Source: Antedon mediterranea | Taxonomy: Eukaryota > Animalia > Echinodermata | NCBI RefSeq assembly: GCF_964355755.1 | Contig: NC_092676.1 | Coordinates: 4,813,888-4,877,887 of the forward strand | DNA: 64,000 nt | Reading direction: 5' to 3' | Shown: one piece after another, positions 51,501 through 60,825 of the stretch | Layout of the letters: every line of letters starts with the position of its first letter | Position numbering within the stretch: position 1 is the first letter of the stretch | Translations under genes and position numbers: made by a program | Notes under the pieces: generated by a model | Seen by the model: the letters and a program-made list of their open reading frames with translations, nothing else | Database searches by the model: none | Told to the model about the DNA's origin: nothing

Positions 51501-54500
51501 CTATTCAGCAAATTTTTTTGTTCATACAATAGACGGCCAGGGGACACTGTAGGGACCCAACAAAGTTTCCCCCTGAATAGGGCGGACATAAGACACCTAT
51601 TTAGCAAATTTTTTTTTTCATACAATAGACGGCCAGGAGACACTTTAGGGACCCAACAAAGTTTCCCCCTGAATAGGGCGGACATAAGACACCTATTCAG
51701 CAAATTTTTTTTTTCATACAATAGACGGCCAGGGGACACTGTAGGGACCCAACAAAGTTTCCCCCTGAATAGGGCGGACATAAGACACCTATTCAGCAAA
51801 TTTTTTTTTTCATACAATAGACAGCCAGGAGACACTGTAGGGACCCAACAAAGTTTCCCCCTGAATAGGGCGGACATAAGACACCTATTCAGCAAATTTT
51901 TTTGTTCATACAATAGACGGCCAGGAGACACTGTAGGGACCCAACAAAGTTTCCCCCTGAATAGAGCGGACATAAGACACCTATTCAGCAAATTTTTTTG
52001 TTCATACAATAGACGGCCAGGGGACACTGTAGGGACCCAACAAAGTTTCCCCCTGAATAGGGCGGACATAAGACACCTATTCAGCAAATTTTTTTGTTCA
52101 TACAATAGACGGCCAGGAGACACTGTAGGGATCCAACAAAGTTTCCCCCTGAATAGGGCGGACATAAGACACCTATTCAGCAAATTTTTTTTTTCATACA
52201 ATAGACGGCCAGGAGACACTGTAGGGACCCAACAAAGTTTCCCCCTGAATAGGGCGGACATAAGACACCTATTCAGCAAATTTTTTTTTTCATACAATAG
52301 ACGGCCAGGAGACACTGTAGGGACGCAACAAAGTTTCCCCCTGAATAGGGCGGACATAAGACACCTATTCAGCAAATTTTTTTTTTCATACAATAGACGG
52401 CCAGGAGACACTGTAGGGACCCAACAAAGTTTCCCCCTGAATAGGGCGGACATAAGACACCTATTCAGCAAATTTTTTTTTTCATACAATAGACGGCCAG
52501 GAGACACTGTAGGGACCCAACAAAGTTTCCCCCTGAATAGGGCGGACATAAGACACCTATTCAGCAAATTTTTTTTTTCATACAATAGACGGCCAGGAGA
52601 CACTGTAGGGACCCAACAAAGTTTCCCCCTGAATAGGGCGGACATAAGACACCTATTCAGCAAATTTTTTTTTTCATACAATAGACGGCCAGGAGACACT
52701 GTAGGGACCCAACAAAGTTTCCCCCTGAATAGGGCGGACATAAGACACCTATTCAGCAAATTTTTTTTTTCATACAATAGACGGCCAGGAGACACTGTAG
52801 GGACCCAACAAAGTTTTTCCTCTGAATAGGGCGGACATAAGACACCTATTCAGCAAATTTTTTTTTTCATACAATAGATGGCCAGGAGACACTGTAGGGA
52901 CCCAACAAAGTTTCCCCCTGAATAGGGCGGACATAAGACACCTATTCAGCAAATTTTTTTTTTCATACAATAGACGGCCAGGGGACACTGTAGGGACCCA
53001 ACAAAGTTTCCCCCTGAATAGGGCGGACATAAGACACCTATTCAGCAAATTTTTTTTTTCATACAATAGACGGCCAGGAGACACTGTAGGGACCCAACAA
53101 AGTTTCCCCCTGAATAGGGCGGACATAAGACACCTATTCAGCAAATTTTTTTGTTCATACAATAGACGGCCAGGAGACACTGTAGGGACCCAACAAAGTT
53201 TCCCCCTGAATAGGGCGGACATAAGACACCTATTCAGCAAATTTTTTTGTTCATACAATAGACGGCCAGGAGACACTGTAGGGACCCAACAAAGTTTCCC
53301 CCTGAATAGGGCGGACATAAGACACCTATTCAGCAAATTTTTTTTTTCATACAATAGACGGCCAGGAGACACTGTAGGGACCCAACAAAGTTTCCCCCTG
53401 AATAGGGCGGACATAAGACACCTATTCAGCAAATTTTTTTTTTCATACAATAGACGGCCAGGAGACACTGTAGGGACCCAACAAAGTTTCCCCCTGAATA
53501 GGGCGGACATAAGACACCTATTCAGCAAATTTTTTTTTTCATACAATAGACGGCCAGGGGACACTGTAGGGACCCAACAAAGTTTCCCCCTGAATAGGGC
53601 GGACATAAGACACCTATTCAGCAAATTTTTTTTTTCATACAATAGACGGCCAGGAGACACTGTAGGGACCCAACAAAGTTTCCCCCTGAATAGGGCGGAC
53701 ATAAGACACCTATTCAGCAAATTTTTTTTTTCATACAATAGACGGCCAGGAGACACTGTAGGGACGCAACAAAGTTTCCCCCTGAATAGGGCGGACATAA
53801 GACACCTATTCAGCAAATTTTTTTTTTCATACAATAGACGGCCAGGGGACACTGTAGGGACGCAACAAAGTTTCCCCCTGAATAGGGCGGACATAAGACA
53901 CCTATTCAGCAAATTTTTTTTTTCATACAATAGACGGCCAGGGGACACTGTAGGGACCCAACAAAGTTTCCCCCTGAATAGGGCGGACATAAGACACCTA
54001 TTCAGCAAATTTTTTTTTTCATACAATAGACGGCCAGGGGACACTGTAGGGACCCAACAAAGTTTCCCCCTGAATAGGGCGGACATAAGACACCTATTCA
54101 GCAAATTTTTTTGTTCATACAATAGACGGCCAGGAGACACTGTAGGGACCCAACAAAGTTTCCCCCTGAATAGGGCGGACATAAGACACCTATTCAGCAA
54201 ATTTTTTTGTTCATACAATAGACGGCCAGGGGACACTGTAGGGACCCAACAAAGTTTCCCCCTGAATAGGGCGGACATAAGACACCTATTCAGCAAATTT
54301 TTTTTTTCATACAATAGACGGCCAGGAGACACTGTAGGGACCCAACAAAGTTTCCCCCTGAATAGGGCGGACATAAGACACCTATTCAGCAAATTTTTTT
54401 GTTCATACAATAGACGGCCAGGGGACACTGTAGGGACGCAACAAAGTTTCCCCCTGAATAGGGCGGACATAAGACACCTATTCAGCAAATTTTTTTGTTC

Positions 54501-57500
54501 ATACAATAGACGGCCAGGAGACACTGTAGGGACCCAACAAAGTTTCCCCCTGAATAGGGCGGACATAAGACACCTATTCAGCAAATTTTTTTTTTCATAC
54601 AATAGACGGCCAGGAGACACTGTAGGGACCCAACAAAGTTTCCCCCTGAATAGGGCGGACATAAGACACCTATTCAGCAAATTTTTTTTTTCATACAATA
54701 GACGGCCAGGGGACACTGTAGGGACGCAACAAAGTTTCCCCCTGAATAGGGCGGACATAAGACACCTATTCAGCAAATTTTTTTTTTCATACAATAGACG
54801 GCCAGGAGACACTGTAGGGACGCAACAAAGTTTCCCCCTGAATAGGGCGGACATAAGACACCTATTCAGCAAATTTTTTTTTTCATACAATAGACGGCCA
54901 GGAGACACTGTAGGGACCCAACAAAGTTTCCCCCTGAATAGGGCGGACATAAGACACCTATTCAGCAAATTTTTTTTTTCATACAATAGACGGCCAGGGG
55001 ACACTGTAGGGACGCAACAAAGTTTCCCCCTGAATAGGGCGGACATAAGACACCTATTCAGCAAATTTTTTTTTTCATACAATAGACGGCCAGGAGACAC
55101 TGTAGGGACCCAACAAAGTTTCCCCCTGAATAGGGCGGACATAAGACACCTATTCAGCAAATTTTTTTTTTCATACAATAGACGGCCAGGGGACACTGTA
55201 GGGACGCAACAAAGTTTCCCCCTGAATAGGGCGGACATAAGACACCTATTCAGCAAATTTTTTTTTTCATACAATAGACGGCCAGGAGACACTGTAGGGA
55301 CCCAACAAAGTTTCCCCCTGAATAGGGCGGACATAAGACACCTATTCAGCAAATTTTTTTTTTCATACAATAGACGGCCAGGAGACACTGTAGGGACCCA
55401 ACAAAGTTTCCCCCTGAATAGGGCGGACATAAGACACCTATTCAGCAAATTTTTTTGTTCATACAATAGACGGCCAGGAGACACTGTAGGGACCCAACAA
55501 AGTTTCCCCCTGAATAGGGCGGACATAAGACACCTATTCAGCAAATTTTTTTGTTCATACAATAGACGGCCAGGAGACACTGTAGGGACCCAACAAAGTT
55601 TCCCCCTGAATAGGGCGGACATAAGACACCTATTCAGCAAATTTTTTTGTTCATACAATAGACGGCCAGGAGACACTGTAGGGACCCAACAAAGTTTCCC
55701 CCTGAATAGGGCGGACATAAGACACCTATTCAGCAAATTTTTTTTTTCATACAATAGACGGCCAGGAGACACTGTAGGGACGCAACAAAGTTTCCCCCTG
55801 AATAGGGCGGACATAAGAAGCAAATTTAGTTACTTTTAATGAATGCTCACTTATCTCTAATTTCCAAATGCCTAAAATTATAAGTTGTTTTCCCACATTG
55901 TACCATATAAAAAATGTAGTAAAAAATAGTAACAAAATTTGTTTAATTTAAGCAAATATATATATATTCATTGTGGAAAGACGAACAGGCGCCTTTTGGT
56001 GGCAGCAGTCGACATGAAGGGACCCTTAGGGGAGAATAAAGTGGTGCTATGTGTGTCGTCCTCACTTGTGCACAATTTAGCCCAGTAGGCTGTAAAGTCG
56101 CATGTTATTCCCCTAGTTAAATTTACAGTACATTCATGTTTTTCTCTTTCAGACTCTCTGAAAATGGAGCTAATTGTGTTTACAATTTTAAGTGGCAGAC
56201 AAGAGTAGCGTGTCCAGAGGAAATGTAAGTTTATCTATAGTACTAGTAATATTTTAAATAAAAGTCCTCCAATATTTGCTACCATTTCCGTGTTCCAGAG
56301 TTTAAATCATTTCCAATAAAAAAACAACCTTAGTTCCAACCATATTTGATTCATTTTAAGTAAATTTTCTTTTGGATGATCCAAAGTCGAATAAAATTCG
56401 TAAACTTACGTTTTTTACTCAAGCTTTCGCTGGTCAACGACGCAGCTTAATCATGAGTGAGTCTCTGTGACTTGGACTTGTTACCATTAGATCTCGTATA
56501 TGGTATAGCGTCTTCTATAGATCGTTCAGGTTTTCCCAAATGGGATTGTCGGGGCCTCCTCTTTAGTATAGTTGTTGTACAATTTTGGGAGTTCCAAACC
56601 GCCGTCGTCTCTGTTCATAGTGTAATTACCATGTTTTCTTATTTTTATTGATTCTTTTATTTTCCTGTCTTTCCATGATGATTCTGTGCCTAGTATTTTT
56701 ACGTTCCAATTTGGTAAATGAGTGTGAGTGGTCATGTGATCGGTGATGGCTGAGTTGTGAACAATTTCTGAAGCTGAATTTCTGGCTGAACATGTTAGGA
56801 TCCCTGTACAATGTGAAGTGACATCTGCTTTGTGTTCTTTTCTCCTATATATGCTTTTTCGCAGTTGTTACAATTTGATTCACTCGTACAGAAACCTGTA
56901 TTAATATAATATACAAATAATGAATGTTTATGTTTATGAGTGCAATGATAGAAAATAAAACATTTCATCTTTCATCAAATAACATTATTTGTACCATTAC
57001 ACAAATATAAAACAGTATTTGTTTAATAACACATACTTTTAATGACCATGGCCTAAACCATTTCGTGGAGAACAATTATAGACAGTGTACACTACTTGAT
57101 TTGTACGTGTTCAGTCAACAGTCTTGCATCGCACATGGTTTCTCATTGTGAGGTATTTTCGTGATTAATCGTACGATCAAAACGGTACTGGGTATGATCA
57201 ACTAGCGTTCTTGTTCCCACCTAATCATCCATTCATAGAAGTTCTGATGAAGAAGTCAATCTATGGCGACAATAGAATGGACCCGAGACCTGGCTATCTT
57301 CGACTTTTAAATAATAGAAAGTTTTGAAATATATTTTAGGATAGTAATGAATGAACACAAATAATGAAATTGCACTGACTCTATTTTACGAAATTTCACA
57401 CAGTAATACTCCAAGTGACCCACAATCCTCCAATCAAATGACAAGAATCTACTAAGGTGTGCTATAAAAGGTTTATTAAAGCGTCATATTTGGTTCTGTG

Positions 57501-58530
57501 TTTCTAAAGGTAATTAAAACCAACAATATTTTATTTTATTTTATTTAGAGCTACAGTTGAAGGGAAAAATTGGAAGTTTACTGATCCAGAAACAAATAAA
57601 GATATTGATATACATGAATTAAAATCAAAGTAAGTACTATGGTTATATATTTATTAATTTGCCTTTAAAGCATAATATAATAATTAAAAAAAAAAATTTA
57701 ACACCATCATCTCGACCAAATGAAAAGGATATAGTTATAGTTATACAAATAATGAATGTTTATAAGGACAATGGTACGAATAATGAATGTTTATAAGGAC
57801 AATGGTACGAATAATGAATGTTTATAAGGACAATGGTACGAATAATGAATGTTTATAAGGACAATGGTACGAATAATGAATGTTTATAAGGACAATGGTA
57901 CGAATAATGAATGTTTATAAGGACAATGGTACGAATAATGAATGTTTATAAGGACAATGGTACGAATAATTTCATGAGGTGAAAGGTGTAAGGTTATATT
58001 TTCACGGGGAAAACAATTGCACAAATATAAAACTTTCATTATTGGTTTTAAAACACACCAACTTTTAATGAGAGTATAACGGTAGTTTTAACTACTTTTA
58101 ATATAACTGTGCTTTCTCTCAGGTGTCAGATACCATGGTGCCATCTCTAGTTTAAACCATCAAACTTTATGTGACAAAAAAAATGTGATGTGCCCAAATA
58201 TGGACATGATGATGTCATATCACTACCAAATTTTAGCATATCACTACAATATTTAGATACATCACACTTTGTTTGTCGAACTAGTTTAACAGAGTACATA
58301 ATACTGATATTGTTTATTACTAAAAAAAGGACTTTTTTAATGTGATAGGCAACATACAGCTGAAGAGAAACGAGGAGAAACAACGTATGAATATTACATC
58401 TCATTAGATGGAGATGTCAGGCTTCCTGAAGGAGAAGAAAAGGAGTGTAAAGGTGCTGCCATCTGTCAGACAAGTGGTACTTTTCAAAGGAACGTTGGTA
58501 GTAGCTCTACAAAGAAATTCTACATATCAG
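18585..58530 (+). CDS. IGF2R: Cation-independent mannose-6-phosphate receptor / IGF2 receptor, MRH domains 1 to mid-15; 3' end (rest of domain 15, TM, tail) beyond the window
   Basis: 39 in-frame exons: 18585-18727 (signal peptide), 20100-20391, 22489-22723, 23597-23841, 24152-24311, 25130-25298, 25928-26031, 26499-26783, 27510-27653, 28403-28543, 29310-29460, 29858-29990, 30525-30691, 31225-31390, 31893-32048, 32468-32683, 34213-34387, 35505-35816, 36131-36315, 36738-36818, 37567-37801, 38261-38392, 39172-39429, 39962-40022, 40782-40932, 41564-41693, 42213-42338, 43416-43687, 44662-44871, 45374-45514, 46121-46291, 46705-46870, 47650-47726, 48418-48581, 49973-50103, 50803-50929, 56153-56224, 57549-57629, 58349-58530. 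Repeated CIMR motifs (YDLxxL..Y.INVC..C..ACQ..L.Y.GG..C..S.I.F.C..P..C.Y.FEW.T..AC). Domain-specific matches include [16 protein letters not shown] (domain 3), PGDLESAPV (domain 4), [28 protein letters not shown] (domain 9) and [17 protein letters not shown] (domain 15). Confidence 0.94.
19102..19955. mobile_element. Foldback/MULE-like non-autonomous DNA transposon with about 300-bp TIRs and 10-bp TSD
   Basis: Inverted arms 19102-19404 and 19655-19955 (GGGTGTGTAGAAAGCGACGACCTCGAATT...), outer parts made of CGACCTCGAATTGGA-type subrepeats; GATACCAAAA directly repeated at 19092-19101 and 19956-19965. Confidence 0.88.
21106..21993 (+). mobile_element. 5'-truncated non-LTR retrotransposon (CR1/L2/Crack group): ORF2 C-terminus, 3'UTR and (GAAAC)n tail
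   Basis: Open frame [68 protein letters not shown] (stop 21534), typical of CR1-group ORF2 ends; AATAAA followed by GAAAC tandem tail 21964-21995. Confidence 0.82.
27752..27883 (-). mobile_element. tRNA-derived SINE head (short copy)
   Basis: Minus strand reads GGAGCTGTTGCTTGGTGGTTAACATGCTTGCCTTCCAATCCCAAGGTCCAGGGTTCAATCCTGACTTAGTGCC, with A-box- and B-box-like motifs at tRNA spacing. Confidence 0.6.
30119..30421 (+). mobile_element. tRNA-derived SINE with Deu-like central domain
   Basis: A-box TGGCCGAGCGG (about 30127) and B-box GGGTTCAAG (about 30175); core TCGGATAAGGACTATAAACC..GGTCC..TTAAAGAA..GAGTAGGGGGTTACCCCAGTGT resembles the Deu domain of AmnSINE1/SINE3 as recalled; (TAAA)n tail. 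Confidence 0.72.
32720..33015 (+). mobile_element. tRNA-derived SINE with CORE-like domain and L2-like 3' tail
   Basis: A-box TGGCGCAGTG, B-box GGTTCAAATCC, core TGTATCCTTAGGCAAGATACTTTAC..GGTGTATAAATGGG, tail CAGCGCTTAGAG..TAGGTGCTATATAAATCCAGG; a second copy of the tail is inverted at about 25322-25375. Confidence 0.72.
33167..33314. mobile_element. MITE family C (termini TACTGCAGTTACTGCAGTAAC)
   Basis: Inverted ACTGCAG-repeat termini; internal TATTGCAGTGACTGCCTCATAAACTT shared with about 41738-41957; related copies about 48750-48912, 22736-22900 and 6476-6763 (the last contains a family A MITE). Confidence 0.55.
38620..39110. repeat. Degenerate tandem repeat with unit of about 65-67 bp
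   Basis: CATGAATATTCACAATATGTTAATGAGCTATACTTATTT recurs about 7 times. Confidence 0.85.
40641..40747 (-). pseudogene. 5S rRNA-derived sequence (5S pseudogene or head of a 5S-derived SINE3)
   Basis: Minus strand TACCACGTTGAAACACCGGTTCTCGTCAGATCACTGAAGTTAAGCAACGTTGGGCCTGGTTAGAGCTTGGATGGGAGATCATCTGGGAATATCGGGTGCTGT aligns with metazoan 5S rRNA with several substitutions, a degraded 5' end and no oligo-T terminator. Confidence 0.85.
45688..45847 (-). mobile_element. Second Penelope-like terminal repeat family with a degenerate hammerhead; other copies about 41062-41160 (-) and 14558-14605/15028-15078 (+)
   Basis: Minus 45847-45809 reads TGCA-CCAATGA-A-GGGCAA-GTG-TTGCCT-GAAA-GC-TC-TGCA, followed by a segment shared with the other copies (approximate consensus GAGATCCAGCCACTGATACC..CAGCATTGTCATTTT..CAGTAATTTG). 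Confidence 0.55.
45923..46079. mobile_element. Harbinger/PIF-like MITE family A (about 150 bp), representative copy; about 22 copies in the window
   Basis: TIR AGCTCTGTCTACACTATCAAAC...GTTTGATAGTGTAGACAGAGCT flanked by TAA/TTA, with internal ATATCACTACCATATTTGGGC subrepeats. Other copies (approximate): 6509-6655, 7348-7506, 11068-11198, 15422-15575, 21091-21105+21994-22114, 23163-23282, 23373-23519, 24948-25092, 26150-26275, 32062-32191, 33436-33587, 33818-33965, 34033-34180, 35366-35487, 36933-37058, 37194-37226, 37299-37456, 39681-39807, 48247-48376, 48598-48726, 58153-58295. Superfamily inferred from TWA flanks and TIR style. Confidence 0.8.
46350..46640. repeat. Degenerate ATC/ACC-rich simple repeat
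   Basis: ATCATCACCATTAT and ACTATCATCAAC motifs. Confidence 0.75.
47047..47432. repeat. 24-bp minisatellite (TTCAATCCTGACCTAGTGCCAGGC), about 16 copies, derived from a SINE B-box
   Basis: Unit matches GGTTCAATCCTGACTTAGTGCCAGG of the SINE at 27752-27883; the array is followed by that SINE's 3' part (CTAAGCCTCAAAT.AGA). Confidence 0.9.
49415..49855. repeat. About 215-bp tandem duplication
   Basis: TCTGTATCAAGTG.AGTTTTATGATC..CATCTAAGATA..GTGCAGCCAAGGTTTTTTTTAGCAGTATA..TTTTTACATTCTTT occurs twice. Confidence 0.85.
50939..55818. repeat. 96-bp tandem satellite, about 51 nearly identical copies, in the IGF2R intron after exon 50803-50929
   Basis: Unit TTTTTTTTCATACAATAGACGGCCAGGAGACACTGTAGGGACCCAACAAAGTTTCCCCCTGAATAGGGCGGACATAAGACACCTATTCAGCAAATT; one 97-bp variant near 52815. 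Confidence 0.98.
56379..56846 (-). mobile_element. Penelope-like retroelement 3' fragment (GIY-YIG endonuclease C-terminal part and pLTR with hammerhead)
   Basis: Minus-strand frame [65 protein letters not shown] matches the PLE GIY-YIG C-terminal pattern (R.KEH..SA..H..W..KIL..E..R.IKE.I.I..NRD.G). Confidence 0.82.
56417..56458 (-). ncRNA. Minimal type-I hammerhead ribozyme motif (A3-U8 core variant) in a Penelope-like pLTR
   Basis: Minus strand ACTC-ATGATTA-A-GCTG-CGTCGTTGAC-CAGC-GAAA-GC-TT-GAGT: stem I ACTC/GAGT, stem II GCTG/CAGC, GAAA box and palindromic AAGCTT stem III. Confidence 0.65.
57748..57970. repeat. 31-bp perfect tandem repeat, 7 copies
   Basis: AATAATGAATGTTTATAAGGACAATGGTACG repeated 7 times. 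Confidence 0.95.
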
Positions 58531-58561
58531 GTAAGCTTTTTAATAAACCCTTAGATATATT

Positions 58562-60825
58562 GCCCAGGTGCATGTAAGCCACATGCATATAAGCCCAGGT
58601 GCATGTAAGCCACATGCATATAAGCCCAGGTGCATGTAAGCCACATGCATATAAGCCCAGGAGCATGTAAGCCACATGCATATAGCCCAGGTGCATACAA
58701 GTCCAGGTGCATACAAGTCCAGGTGCATACAAGTCCAGGTGCATACAAGCCCAGGTGCATACAAGTCCAGGTGCATACAAGTCCAGGTGCATACAACCCC
58801 AGGTGCATACAAGCCCAGGTGCATACAAGCCCAGGTGCATACAAGCCCAGGTGCATACAAACGCAGGTGCATACAAGCCCAGGTGCATACAAGCCCAGGT
58901 GCATACAAGCCCAGGTGCATACAAACGCAGGTGCATACAAGCCCAGGTGCATACAAGCCCAGGTGCATACAAGCCCAGGTGCATACAAGCCCAGGTGCAT
59001 ACAGGCGCAGGTGCATACAAGCCCAGGTGCATACAAGCCCAGGTGCATACAAACGCAGGTGCATACAAGCCCAGGTGCATACAAGCGCAGGTGCATACAA
59101 GCCCAGGTGCGTACAAACGCAAGTGCGTACAAGCGCAGGTGCGTACAAGCCCTGGTGCGTACAAGCGCAGGTGCATACAAGCGCAGGTGCATACAAGCCC
59201 AGGTGCATACAAGTCCAGGTGCATACAAGCCCAAGTGCATACAAACGCAGGTGCATACAAGCCCAGGTGCATACAAGCCCAGGTGCATACAAGCCCAGGT
59301 GCATACAAGCCCAGGTGCATACAGGCGCAGGTGCATACAAGCCCAGGTGCATACAAGCCCAAGTGCATACAAACGCAGGTGCATACAAGCCCAGGTGCAT
59401 ACAAGCCCAGGTGCATACAGGCGCAGGTGCATACAAGCCCAGGTGCATACAAGCGCAGGTGCATACAAACGCAGGTGCATACAAACGCAGGTGCATACAA
59501 ACGCAGGTGCATACAAACGCAGGTGCATACAAGCGCAGGTGCATACAAGCCCAGGTGCGTACAAACGCAGGTGCGTACAAACGCAGGTGCGTACAGGCCC
59601 CGGTGCGTACAAGCGCAGGTGCGTACAAGCGCAGGTGCGTACAAGCGCAGGTGCGTACAAGCCCAGGTGCGTACAAGCCCAGGTGCGTACAAGAGCAGGT
59701 GCATACAAGCGCAGGTGCATACAAGCCCAGTTGCATACAAGCGCAGGTGCATACAGGCCCAGGTGCATACAAACGCAGGTGCATACAGGCCCAGGTGCAT
59801 ACAAGCCCAGGTGCATACAAGCCCAGGTGCATACAAGCCCAGGTGCATACAAACGCAGGTGCATACAGGCCCAGGTGCATACAAGCCCAGGTGCATACAA
59901 GCCCAGGTGCATACAAGCCCAGGTGCATACAAGCCCAGGTGCATACAAGCCTAGGTGCATACAAGCGCAGGGGCATACAAGCGCAGGTGCATACAAGCCC
60001 AGGTGCATACAAGCCCAGGTGCATACAAACGCAGGTGCATACAGGCCCAGGTGCATACAAGCGCAGGTGCATACAAGCGCAGGTGCATACAAACGCAGGT
60101 GCATACAAGCGCAGGTGCATACAAGCCCAGGTGCATACAAGCCCAGGTGCATACAAGCCCAGGTGCATACAAGCCCAGGTGCATACAAGCCCAGGTGCAT
60201 ACAAACGCAGGTGCATACAGGCCCAGGTGCATACAAGCCCAGGTGCATACAAACGCAGGTGCATACAGGCCCAGGTGCATACAGGCCCAGGTGCATACAA
60301 GCCCAGGTGCATACAAGCCCAGGTGCATACAAACGCAGGTGCATACAAGCGCAGGTGCATACAAGTCCAGGTGCATACAAGCCCAGGTGCATACAGGCCC
60401 AGGTGCATATATGCCCAGTTGCATATAAAACCTCATACATAAACCCAGGTATAAGCCCAGTTGCATATAAGCCCAGTTGCATATAAGCCCAGTTGCATAT
60501 ACGCCCAGGTACATATAAAAGCTCATACATAAACCCAGGTATAAGCCCAGTTGCATATAAGCCCAGGTGCTTTTAAGCCCAGGTGCATACAAGTCCAGGT
60601 GCATACAAGTCCAGGTGCATACAAGTCCAGGTGCATACAAGTCCAGGTGCATACAAGCCTAGGTGCATACAAGCGCAAGTGCATACAAGCCTAGGTGCAT
60701 ACAAGCACAGGAGCATACAAGCACAGGAGCATACAAGCCCAGGTGCATACAAGCACAGGAGCATATAAGCCTAGGTGCTTTTAAGCCCAGGTGCATACAA
60801 GCGCAGGTGCATACAAGCGCAGGTG
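58562..60825. repeat. 16-bp minisatellite (CAGGTGCATACAAGCC and variants), about 140 copies
   Basis: Direct reading; variant units with AAACGC, AAGCGC, AAGTCC and GCGTAC occur in blocks; divergent units at both edges. Confidence 0.98.

Noticed and set aside
50939-55818. CRISPR-like appearance (regular repeats with a hairpin)
   Set aside because: No unique spacers, whole units are repeated, no cas genes, and the context is a eukaryotic intron.
50792-55823. 667-aa and 1017-aa ORFs on both strands
   Set aside because: They are translations of the 96-bp satellite (32-codon unit without stops). Only 50803-50929 is a real exon, and it splices in phase to 56153.
57244-57290. CTGATGA as a further hammerhead core (also 41277 on the minus strand)
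   Set aside because: No stem II followed by GAAA and no closing stem I.
58520-60768. Multiple 400-660-aa ORFs in all frames (MHLGLYAPG / AYKPRCIQAQVH)
   Set aside because: Artefacts of a stop-free 16-bp minisatellite; open on both strands with no codon-position bias in the variants.
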